A stretch of 64,000 bases of DNA from an uncultured Methylomirabilota bacterium. Lineage in GTDB: Bacteria; Methylomirabilota; Methylomirabilia; Methylomirabilales; 2-02-FULL-66-22. Below, piece after piece: positions 52,502-61,052 of the stretch. The stretch spans positions 1,056,001-1,120,000 of the forward strand of contig OY970067.1 in NCBI GenBank assembly GCA_963705305.1, given 5' to 3'. The position numbers and the translations under genes were made by a program. The first letter of the stretch is position 1. Every line of letters begins with the position of its first letter. The notes beneath the pieces are model-generated. The model had not been told where the DNA came from, did no database searches, and worked only from the letters and a program-made list of their open reading frames with translations.

Positions 52502-52725
52502 CCTGTGCGCTCCTTTCTTTGTTTCGCAACTTGGCCGTTGGGATTCGCCAAAAGCGGTTGATTGTACCACACTTCCCGCCGGCGCTCCCCAGATCGAGGG
52601 CGCCCGCGCCCGTGCTCCGGCCCGGTTCAGGTTTTGCGCCTCCTCGCCTCTTCGCCCCTGCGCCCACGCGCTCCCCCCCGCTCCCCTGCGCCTTGTCCCT
52701 TCCCCCCGCCCTGTCTCTCCTTGCG

Positions 52726-52794
52726 ACCGGATATGCGGTATCCGGTACCTTTCCGGTGCACCGCTTGACACCCGTTTCCAGGTCTTGGTAGCGT
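52726..52794 (+). promoter_or_regulatory. Operator-like palindrome plus sigma70 promoter for the second Ldh_2 gene
   Basis: ACCGGATA-N5-TATCCGGT at 52726-52746; TTGACA (52765)-N18-TAGCGT. Confidence 0.5.
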
Positions 52795-52995
52795 GCCTGC
52801 GTGCTCGACGGCGACCATGGGAGAGGTCGCTGTCTTTACCTTGACGGCGTTTCCTTCGCGACCTTGGAGGGGAATCCCGCAGCCATTTCAAGACCCGGGG
52901 TAGCGCCCGCCCCCGGTCATCCAACGGGCGGCGGTCCGTCGATTCGTGGCCTTTCTCCCGGGGATCGGCAATCAGGAGCAGACTGGAGGTACCAT

Positions 52996-54054
52996 ATGGC
53001 GTCCGTTCGCGTATTCCCGGCCAAGCGATTGCAAGCATTCATCGCCGGTGCCCTGGCGGCCGCGGGGCTTCCGGAGGGGGATGCGGCAGTCTCCGCCGCC
53101 CGCATGACGGAGGCGGACCTCCGCGGCGTGGACACGCACGGCATCTTTCGCCTGCCCCAGTACCTCAAGATGATTCGATCGGGGGCGATCAACGTCCGCG
53201 CGAAGATTCACCCGGTGCGCGAGAATCTGGTGACCGCCCTGCTGGACGGGGACGGCGGGATGGGGCACGTGGTGGTCACCCACGCCACCCAGTTGGCGAT
53301 CCGGAAAGCCGCGGAGGCGGGCCTGGCCTGGGTCGGGACCCTCAACGGGAATCACGCCGGAGCCGCCGCCGTGTATACCACGATGGCGCTGGCCCAGGAC
53401 ATGATCTGCATGTACATGACGGTGGCAAACGGCAACCATATGCCGCCCTGGGGAGGCGTCGAGCCGATCCTCGGCACCAATCCTATTTCGGTGGCTATCC
53501 CGGCGGGGGACGAGCCCCCCATCGTCCTCGACATGGCCACGACGGTGGCCTCCCAGGGGAAGGTGAAGCTGGCGGCCCAGAAGGGGGAGTCGATCCCCGT
53601 GGGGTGGATGATCGACCGGAAGGGTCAGCCCCTCACCGACCCCAAGCGCGCTTCCGAGGGCTTCCTCCTGCCCATCGGGACCTACAAGGGGTACGGACTG
53701 AACGTGGTCATCGGCATGCTGGCCGGCGTGCTGAACGGGGCGGCATTCGGCCGCTGTGTCGTGGACTTCAACAAGGACTTCACGTCGAAAAACAACAGCG
53801 GGCATGCGATCCTGGCGATGCGGGTGGACAACTTCCAGCCGGCCGACACTTTCAAGAAAGAGATGGACCGGATGATCCGCGAGATCCGGGAATCGGAGCG
53901 GATGGAGGGCGTGGACCGCATTTGGCTGCCGGGCGAGATGGAGTTCTACAAGACCCGCGAGCGGCTGGAGCGCGGCATCCCGCTGGCCCCCGCCGTCGTG
54001 GAGCAGCTGCGCGAGATCGCCAAGACATTCAACGTGGCGGATCAGCTGGAGTAG
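52996..54054 (+). CDS. Ldh_2-family dehydrogenase
   Basis: RGVDTHG, GNHAG, GTNP, DMATT, YKGYG, LPGE; RBS GGAGG. Confidence 0.92.
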   Translation: MASVRVFPAKRLQAFIAGALAAAGLPEGDAAVSAARMTEADLRGVDTHGIFRLPQYLKMIRSGAINVRAKIHPVRENLVTALLDGDGGMGHVVVTHATQLAIRKAAEAGLAWVGTLNGNHAGAAAVYTTMALAQDMICMYMTVANGNHMPPWGGVEPILGTNPISVAIPAGDEPPIVLDMATTVASQGKVKLAAQKGESIPVGWMIDRKGQPLTDPKRASEGFLLPIGTYKGYGLNVVIGMLAGVLNGAAFGRCVVDFNKDFTSKNNSGHAILAMRVDNFQPADTFKKEMDRMIREIRESERMEGVDRIWLPGEMEFYKTRERLERGIPLAPAVVEQLREIAKTFNVADQLE

Positions 54055-54078
54055 CCCGCTCGCATCGGGAGCGGTGAG

Positions 54079-54117
54079 GAGCCCCTCCGGCCGAAAGGGC
54101 CGGCGGGGCTCGTGTTT
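54079..54117 (+). terminator. Intrinsic terminator-like hairpin
   Basis: GAGCCCC.CCGGCC-GAAAG-GGCCGG.GGGGCTC followed by GTGTTT. Confidence 0.5.
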
Positions 54118-54184
54118 CGCGAGGACACACGGACAGCGTCCTTGCCTGCGCTGACTCCCGCCTCGACCGCAGCCCCTGCGGGAA

Positions 54185-54850
54185 TTACCCCCCTTCCACG
54201 GTGATTTTTCCGACGTACTTCACCCACTCGGACCCGTAGCGATCCTCGGCCACCACCCGCAGGGGGGATCCGTTCCTGCGGGGAAGCGGTTGCCCGTTCA
54301 CCTGGTAGGCCAGAAAGACCGTGTCGGAGAGGACGTCCGCCAGGGCAAACCCCGCGACATGCTGCCCGGCGCCCTCGATGGAAACGCGGGTGGCGGCCGG
54401 GTCGAATCCGGCCTCCTGGAGGATCCTCTTGATCGAGACCCCCTTCCAGCGGCCGTAATTGGCAAAGAATCCAGGGCAGATCAGCAGCGCGTTCCTCTCC
54501 AGGGAGGGAAGCGCCGTGAGCTGGGCGTAGGTCAGCTTCAACGGATGCTTGACCCGTCCCGATATCTCCAGCCGCCAGCCGTTGAGGTCCACCGCGATGT
54601 CCGTGGGACCCATGGTTCCGAAGTCTTCCAGCGGCGTGATCTGCAGGTTGGTCGCATCCAGGTCGGCCGGGTTCTCATTGATAAGGCTTTCCTGGTTTGT
54701 GCCCCTGGCGAGAACCTTCCTGCCCGCCGCCCAGGCGCGCCGTGCTGCTGGACCGAAAGATCCCACGAGGCTCCCAGCCCCCACGAAACCGCCGAGCGCC
54801 AATCGTATGAAATTCCTGCGCGTGCTCACGGTTCCCTCCCTCCCGCGCAT
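54185..54850 (-). CDS. Tat-exported sulfite oxidase/MsrP-like molybdopterin-binding protein
   Basis: STRRNFIR Tat motif, WRLEISG, LICPG, WKGV, NGSPLRVV...WVKYV. Confidence 0.82.
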   Translation of the reverse strand: MRGREGTVSTRRNFIRLALGGFVGAGSLVGSFGPAARRAWAAGRKVLARGTNQESLINENPADLDATNLQITPLEDFGTMGPTDIAVDLNGWRLEISGRVKHPLKLTYAQLTALPSLERNALLICPGFFANYGRWKGVSIKRILQEAGFDPAATRVSIEGAGQHVAGFALADVLSDTVFLAYQVNGQPLPRRNGSPLRVVAEDRYGSEWVKYVGKITVEGG

Positions 54851-54957
54851 TGCCGTGCCTCTTCGCCTTTCCCGACCTTCCGCGCGCCAGCTCCCGTTGA
54901 GCTCTTCTCTCCCCTGCGCCCCAGCGCCCCTGGACCCGTGCAGCCTTTCAACATCCC

Positions 54958-55932
54958 TCACGCCCGGAACAGCGCCGCCGCGCAGCAGCTTTCGATGGGA
55001 TCGCGGCCGATGGCGGTCTCGTCCGACAAGACGAGCCCCCGATAGCCGCGCTTGAGCGCATCGTGCGCGGCGCAGACTTCCGAGCGGGTCGGGCTCGGAT
55101 GCTCGACCAGGTGCTCGAAGATCTGTCCCGCCAAGAGCACCGGAACAGGCAGCTCGGATACTCGATCTGAAAACTGGGAGACGGTCGCTGCCATGGTACG
55201 CGCGCCGAGCTCGGCGCCGAGATCGCCCCGACACAGCCACAGCTCGGCGGCCGATTCTGCAATCTGCTGCGCCTCGTCCACCGCCGGCTGGCGCTCCAGC
55301 TTGGCGATCAGGGGTGTCGATCCGCCGATCTGCCTGCGGTAGCTGGCCATCTCCACGGCATCTTTCACGTACGACAGAGCATAGCGGATGCCCGTCAGAT
55401 GGCGGGTGCGCTCCAGGATCGCCAGATCCGTATCGTGCAGGGCCTCCTGGCGGTACGCGGAGGCCGTGTAGGTGATCCCCTTCCGCGGGAGGATCGGCCC
55501 GCCGGTAGTCACGCGGGCAGTGAGGGCGTCCCCCGCCATCGCCTCCAGCCGGAGGCAGAGCTTGGCGTCATCGAGGACGATCTCCCCGCTGGAGACGGCC
55601 GCCGCCCGAAAGAAATCGGGATGCGGAACCGGCAGCACGCCGGGAAGGCGGGTGGAGGCCGCACATACGACCGACACCCGCTGTCCCGCCACCAGCTCGC
55701 CGGCGGGGAGCGCGCCCAGGCGCCACTTGCTGCCCTGGAGGTCGAGGATGAGCGGCGGCGCCTCCCCCGCGGCGAAGCAGGCGCCCAGCCGGTCCAGCCA
55801 GGCTGCCAGCTCGGGAAGAGACACGTGGGAGGTATTCAACCGGAACGCGGTCGCCCCGGCGGCCAGCATGGCCCTCCAGATCGTGTCGGTGTCGCTGCTG
55901 GGCCCGAGGGTGGCCACGATCTCGTAGTCCAT
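54958..55932 (-). CDS. pyk: Short pyruvate kinase (barrel and lid only, no C-terminal domain)
   Basis: IVATLGP, FRLNTSH, DLQGSK, AKLE, RGDLG, PTRSE, LSDETA; 324 aa. Confidence 0.8.
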   Translation of the reverse strand: MDYEIVATLGPSSDTDTIWRAMLAAGATAFRLNTSHVSLPELAAWLDRLGACFAAGEAPPLILDLQGSKWRLGALPAGELVAGQRVSVVCAASTRLPGVLPVPHPDFFRAAAVSSGEIVLDDAKLCLRLEAMAGDALTARVTTGGPILPRKGITYTASAYRQEALHDTDLAILERTRHLTGIRYALSYVKDAVEMASYRRQIGGSTPLIAKLERQPAVDEAQQIAESAAELWLCRGDLGAELGARTMAATVSQFSDRVSELPVPVLLAGQIFEHLVEHPSPTRSEVCAAHDALKRGYRGLVLSDETAIGRDPIESCCAAALFRA

Positions 55933-56000
55933 GCGCTGCCCTTTCGGGGCGACGGGACCGCCCCCAGTTGGCCCCCCCAGTTGAGAAGGTTGCCGCGCGT

Positions 56001-56366
56001 TCAAAATGCCCGGACGGTCTTCTCCAGCTTCTCCAGGAGCAGATCCCGCCGGGCCCGCATGGCGAGGAGTGGCCCTTCTTCCTCTTCCGCGATCGGTCCC
56101 TCGCGATTGATCTTCCGAAAGAACGCCTGCACGCTCTCCGGGCTCATTTTCGAAGACGAGAGCTCCGTGTACACGCAGAGCGCCGCGACGGTTCGCAGCA
56201 GGGCATTCACCGTGAACTCGTGCATCTGCTTCGCATCTTTCTGGCCCAGTGCGTTCCCCCACTTTTCGATGGTGGCCAGGAGACGTTTCATGAGATCGAG
56301 CTCCAGCCGTCGCTGCTCGTCTGGGGCCCTGAAGAGCGGAATCTGTGCGTCGCTCATGGGGGTCAT
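56001..56366 (-). CDS. Hypothetical protein
   Basis: Helical ~120-aa ORF with RBS GAGG and typical codon usage. Confidence 0.6.
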   Translation of the reverse strand: MTPMSDAQIPLFRAPDEQRRLELDLMKRLLATIEKWGNALGQKDAKQMHEFTVNALLRTVAALCVYTELSSSKMSPESVQAFFRKINREGPIAEEEEGPLLAMRARRDLLLEKLEKTVRAF

Positions 56367-56536
56367 CCTCGCTTCCCCGGGAAGTTCTGGGCGCCCACGC
56401 CGGACATCCGGTCCTCCCCGCCAACGCCGACGGTCCGGTCCACGACACTTTGGAGGCTGCCGGCGTCGACGGATCCGTCCAGTGCGCTCACAGCCCGCCG
56501 GGCATCTGCCCGCAGTCGCACGGCCCGAAGGGACGC

Positions 56537-57070
56537 CTAGACGGGCGGCTTGAGAGCCGCGATATACGGAAGGCTCCGGTAGCGCTGGTGATAGTCGAGG
56601 CCGTACCCGACGACAAATGTGTCGGGAATCTCGAAGCCGCGATAGGCGATGGGGTGGTCCACGATCCGCCGCACGGCTCGATCGAGGAGTGCGCACACCC
56701 GCAGGCTGGCCGGGCCCCGCTCGCGAAGGATGCGCAGGAGATATCCCAGCGTGAGACCCGTGTCCACGATGTCCTCGACCACCAGCAGGTCCCGTCCGGC
56801 GATCTCCTCCTCCAGATCCTTGACGATGCGGACCACGCCTGCCGCCTTGCTGCTGGGGCCGTAGCTCGAGATGGCAATGAAATCGATAGCCGCCGGGATG
56901 GAGAGCGCCCGGGCCAGGTCCACCAGGAAGAAGGCCGCCCCCCGCAGGACCCCCGCCAGGACCAGATCGCGCCCCGCATAGTCCCGGGAGATCGCCCCGC
57001 CCAGTTCGCGAACGCGGGCGGCAATCTGATCCGCCGAGAACAGCACCTCGCCCAACTCTTCCCCTTTCAT
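56537..57070 (-). CDS. hpt: Hypoxanthine phosphoribosyltransferase
   Basis: ISSYG, VVEDIVDTGLTL, FVVGYGLD. Confidence 0.95.
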   Translation of the reverse strand: MKGEELGEVLFSADQIAARVRELGGAISRDYAGRDLVLAGVLRGAAFFLVDLARALSIPAAIDFIAISSYGPSSKAAGVVRIVKDLEEEIAGRDLLVVEDIVDTGLTLGYLLRILRERGPASLRVCALLDRAVRRIVDHPIAYRGFEIPDTFVVGYGLDYHQRYRSLPYIAALKPPV

Positions 57071-58089
57071 AGCGACTGGCCCTCCTCGCCAGGGCGAGTG
57101 GGCGCTCTGGGGGCGATGCCTGGCGGCAAGACAACCCCGTATTTCTGGATGAGGCTCCGGAAGTCCCGCCCGTAGAAGATTTTCAGCCGGATATTGGGAT
57201 ACAGCTCTCTGAGCTTACGGATCTTCCGGTTCTTCTCGGTCACCAGACTTTGCTTCAGCGTGGTCAGCTCCAGGTAAAGATCCAGGTCCGGCAGGTAGAA
57301 ATCCGGGGTGAAAGCCTCGCTGACGTGGCCGGCAACGTCCCAGGCCAGGGGGAACGATGTCGGCTCGTACTGCCAGCGGATCCGGTAAAAGTCCAGGACC
57401 CTGGCCAGCTCGGCTTCACTGGGATGAACGAATCCCGGGTGCTCCCCCAGCCCCTCTACCGAAACACCGCTCCCGCGATGCGCGATCCAGACGGCGATCT
57501 CGTCCAGGTGTCCCCCGATTGTCCGGAGCGAGGCGGCTTCTCGGATGATCGCGGCCGCCGCGTCGGAGCCCAGACGATCGGTCCTGACGATCAGGTCGTA
57601 CTGGGAGGCATCCCCCCAATCCGCACTATAATTATGGCGGATCCACTCCGCTCGCTGCCGATCGTCCTCCGCCAGCACGGCCTCGGCGTCCGCCTCGGGA
57701 ATGTTGCGGTCTTGTCGAATGGCGCTCAGGCGCGCGCCGAGACCGGCGACCACCTTCGCGTGGAGACTCCAGGGGCAATCCCGGAACAAGAACTGTCCCC
57801 CCCGCCCCACGACGACCAGATCTTCCTTCTCGGCCAGCTCCAGGAGCACCGCTTGAAGATAATCCACGTGCACCTGCGGGGCCGTGCCGTGGGGTGACCC
57901 ACCCCGCTCCTCGTCGCTGTCATCCAGCTCCGCACCGGTTAACCCGTGCTCCTGGACGAGCGCCTCGAGGCGGGCGCGGTCCACGAGGGCAAAGCCGAGG
58001 CCTTCGGCCACCTGCGTAGCCACCGCGTCTCCTTGGCTGCCAGCCTGGCGGGCGATCGTGATGATGCCCACAGCCGGTTCCCCCCGCAC
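57067..58089 (-). CDS. Fusion of a cytidylate-kinase-like domain and a PD-(D/E)XK-like domain
   Basis: ITIARQAGSQG, VVVGRGG, YDLIV; then SEAELAR.LD...WQYEP...FTPDFYLPDLDLYLELTT; stop overlaps the hpt start. Confidence 0.8.
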   Translation of the reverse strand: MRGEPAVGIITIARQAGSQGDAVATQVAEGLGFALVDRARLEALVQEHGLTGAELDDSDEERGGSPHGTAPQVHVDYLQAVLLELAEKEDLVVVGRGGQFLFRDCPWSLHAKVVAGLGARLSAIRQDRNIPEADAEAVLAEDDRQRAEWIRHNYSADWGDASQYDLIVRTDRLGSDAAAAIIREAASLRTIGGHLDEIAVWIAHRGSGVSVEGLGEHPGFVHPSEAELARVLDFYRIRWQYEPTSFPLAWDVAGHVSEAFTPDFYLPDLDLYLELTTLKQSLVTEKNRKIRKLRELYPNIRLKIFYGRDFRSLIQKYGVVLPPGIAPRAPTRPGEEGQSL

Positions 58090-58242
58090 GATGACCTGCG
58101 TGAAAGACGATCAGGTCCTGCAGCAAGCCGATGCCCCAGCGCGGTGATCAGGGGTCGGTCTTGAGGACCCGCTGGTCGTGATGGTACCAGAAAAGGGGGC
58201 GGAAGAGAATGGAGCCTCGAAAGCGGAACGCCGGCGAGAGGC

Positions 58243-58412
58243 AAATAAAAAAGGACGACCCCGAGTGACCTTCCGGCCCTTCCTGACTTCCTCGTCCAGG
58301 TTTCCTCGGTTTCCTCGGTCTCTTCCTTCCTTGCGGTCGGTCGATCTCGATTCTTCCGTCGGTTCCCTTTCCGAGGTTTCCTGGATGGCCTTCCGACCTC
58401 TCGGGATCGTCA
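58243..58412 (-). ncRNA. Candidate GGAA-repeat structured small RNA (CsrB/RsmZ-like?)
   Basis: Own promoter, 12-bp stem pairing the 5' and 3' ends, 12 GGAA motifs, U-rich tail. Confidence 0.65.
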
Positions 58413-58417
58413 TCTTT

Positions 58418-58446
58418 AATATGGCGCGCTCCACTCTCTCTGTCAA
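58418..58446 (-). promoter_or_regulatory. sigma70 promoter for the candidate sRNA
   Basis: Minus strand TTGACA-N17-CATATT. Confidence 0.7.
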
Positions 58447-58736
58447 TCCCCAATCTGGTCCTTCGTGGAAATGGATCCGCTTTCCGTCTGACGAGCTCCT
58501 TTTATCTGTCGTATCGCCCCGCGTAGCCCCGGGTACGTGTCTCTCGGCACGCTCTCGATCTTCAGGGACCCCATGTCGCAGGTGCCCATCGACATTTCGC
58601 CTGACCACGGAATACGCCCGGGAAAGTCCCGATCCGACAAAGTGGCAACACAGAGCCTTTTTGCCACCAGGCCTGTCATCTTGGTTCAGAATAGCGGGGT
58701 TGCCGCAGCTGACTCTCCCTAGACTCTCGGCGGCCA

Positions 58737-59988
58737 CTAGCCTGAAGCCGACTCCGGCGGAACGGAGGGGATCTTCAGCCCGGCAGTCAGATAAAACCGC
58801 GGGAACAGGAGGTCGTCTTCTGCGCTGACCATCCCTTCCCGAACGGCTGTCCGGGCCAGGGCCGTGCGCGGGTAGATCCGGATCCCCGCCGTGACCTTGA
58901 GGCCGTCGAGGCCCAGCGAGGCGGCGAAGGCGAGACTTTCCTCGATCGATTCCTGGGTTTCCCCCGGCCCCCCCAGCAAGAGGAATCCCATCCGGCGAAT
59001 GCCGTGATCCGCAAAGCGATCCGAGATCTCGCGGACCTCCGCCGGCCGGAACCGCTTGTTCATGGCTCGAAGCATTCGCGGCGAGCCGCTCTCGAATCCC
59101 AGGCTCACCTCCGCGCAGCCGGCCTCGCCCATGGCCCGAACCAGCTCCGCCGGGACCTGGTGGGGGTAGAGGATGCAGCGCCAGACAACGTCCAGCCGTT
59201 GTTCTGCGATGCAGCGGCAGAGGTCCAGGGCATAGGCCGGCGGGAGATTGAAGGTGTTATCCACGAAGTAGAAGCGCCGCACCCCGCATTGCGCCAGGCG
59301 CGTCATCTCCTCCGCCACCCGCCGAGGAGTGCGGGCGCGGATCACCCGGCCCTCGATGCTAGCGGTGGAGCAGTAGGAACAGTCCAGCGGGCACCCCCGC
59401 CGGCTCTGGATCGGGATCCACGCCTCCGGGTCGGCGGGATCCTCTCCCGGCCACAGGTCGGCTTCGGGGGCAGGCAGGGCGTCCAGGTGGCGGACCGAGG
59501 CCCGCGTCCGGCGGCCGGTGCGGCCGGGGGCACGGACTCCGGGCAGATCGGACGGATCCCTCCCTCTCGCCAGGCGCGCCAGTAGATCCGGGAAGGCGTC
59601 CTCTCCCTCGCCGCAAATACCGAAGTCGGCCCCGAGATACGCCAGGGCTGCCGCCGGGAAGATGCTGTATCCCGCACCACCCAGGACCAGCGGAGCGGAC
59701 GATGCGGCCCGACAGGCCGAGACGACTCCCGCGACCTGGTCCAGGAGAAACCGCGGCGGATGCATGCACTGGTCGTCGATGTTTCGGATGGAGATGCCTA
59801 TGACGTTCCGGCCGAACGGACAGGATGCTTCGCGGAATGGCCGTCCCCGGATCTGGCTCACGCAGAAGGTCCAGGAGGACCGTCGCGTGACCGGCGGCGC
59901 GAGCCGCCGCAGCGACCAGTGCGGCCCCCAGGGGGCGCGCGGGGAGGTTGACTCGCTCCGTGTTGGCCGAGATGAGCAGGACCTTCAT
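58737..59988 (-). CDS. B12-binding radical SAM protein, frameshifted at about 59805-59840
   Basis: MKVLLISAN...PLGAA in one frame; IGISIRNIDD...GGAGYS...RGCPLDCSYC...FVDNTFN in another. Confidence 0.85.
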
Positions 59989-60064
59989 CGCCGGCCCCTC
60001 CTGCCAGGCCCCAATCGGCGATTGGCACGGCCGGATAAAGAGTGCGGCCGGCGAACGTCGCGGG

Positions 60065-60829
60065 CTAGCGCCTGGTTCCGGACAACAGAACATACCAGTG
60101 GTTGAGATGAAGCTCGCCGTTCACCGTCCGCAGGTCGAACGTCGCCCGCTGCTGGGGGGTCAGAGCATCGAGGAGTGCGTGGATCTTCTGCGCGTCCTCC
60201 ACCGAGACGTCGGTGGTCAAGGCGCTAAGCGGCCGGTGCCGAAGGTAGCTCTCGACGGTTTCCAGCGCAAAGCCATGCACCTCGAGCAGCCGGCGCCACT
60301 CGCTGGCCCGATACTCCCGCACGTGCGAGCCGTCGTGGTACCGGTCCAGCAGGTTCATGCAGTCATCGGCGAAATCGTCCTCCGGCGCACTCCGATCGTC
60401 GATCACCAGCCGGCCGCCCGGCCGCAAGGCCCGGTGTATCTCGCCGAGCGCACGCCCGATGTCAGCAAAATGGTGGGCGGCCCGCCGGCAGGTGACCAGG
60501 TGAAATGTCCCGGCCGAGAAGGGAAGCCGCTGGACATCCGCCAGTGCGTAAGCAACATTGGAAATGTTGCGCGCTGTTTGGAGCTTCCACGACTCTGCCA
60601 GCATCTGGGCCGTCAGGTCGATCCCGATGACCCGCCGCACCAGAGGCGCCAGGGCGAAGGCGGTATGTCCGGTCCCGGTGGCCACGTCCAGGACCCTCCA
60701 GTCCTCCTGCGGGGCGGCTAGCTCCACCACCCGGGCCAGGACCCGGGGGTCCGTGTGCGCAGCGCTGGTGGTGTACCGGGCCGCGCGCGCGCCGAAGATC
60801 CGCCTCGCCTCGCTTTCGATCGACCCCAT
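60065..60829 (-). CDS. Class I SAM methyltransferase (UbiE-like)
   Basis: VLDVATGTG, LPF, AAHHF, LRPGGRL. Confidence 0.9.
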   Translation of the reverse strand: MGSIESEARRIFGARAARYTTSAAHTDPRVLARVVELAAPQEDWRVLDVATGTGHTAFALAPLVRRVIGIDLTAQMLAESWKLQTARNISNVAYALADVQRLPFSAGTFHLVTCRRAAHHFADIGRALGEIHRALRPGGRLVIDDRSAPEDDFADDCMNLLDRYHDGSHVREYRASEWRRLLEVHGFALETVESYLRHRPLSALTTDVSVEDAQKIHALLDALTPQQRATFDLRTVNGELHLNHWYVLLSGTRR

Positions 60830-61052
60830 GCTCCACCCCCGTCCCTTCGGCAGCCTGACCGCTGGCAGCGCAGTGAGTGGGCGGATTATGCGAGGCGAAC
60901 GGCCTCGTCGCAAGGGAAATCCCCGAGATGGTCCCGCCTGGAGTCGGATCATGCCGGGGCCGAGGAGGCTGGAAATCTTCTGATTAGGCTTGGGTATGGC
61001 GGAACAACCCGGATTCCCTGTCGCGGGGCCGGTCGGCCGATTGCAGCGGCCC

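Noticed and set aside
58243..58412. SRP RNA, RNase P RNA, tRNA or CRISPR identity for the GGAA-rich element
   Set aside because: It lacks the SRP CAGG-CC-GGAA-GG-AGCAG core, RNase P conserved regions, a cloverleaf, and repeat-spacer periodicity; 6S RNA is not formally excluded
58111..58828. ORFs of 208, 216 and 101 aa across the sRNA region
   Set aside because: Low-complexity translations, atypical codon usage, and overlap with a clear promoter and terminator
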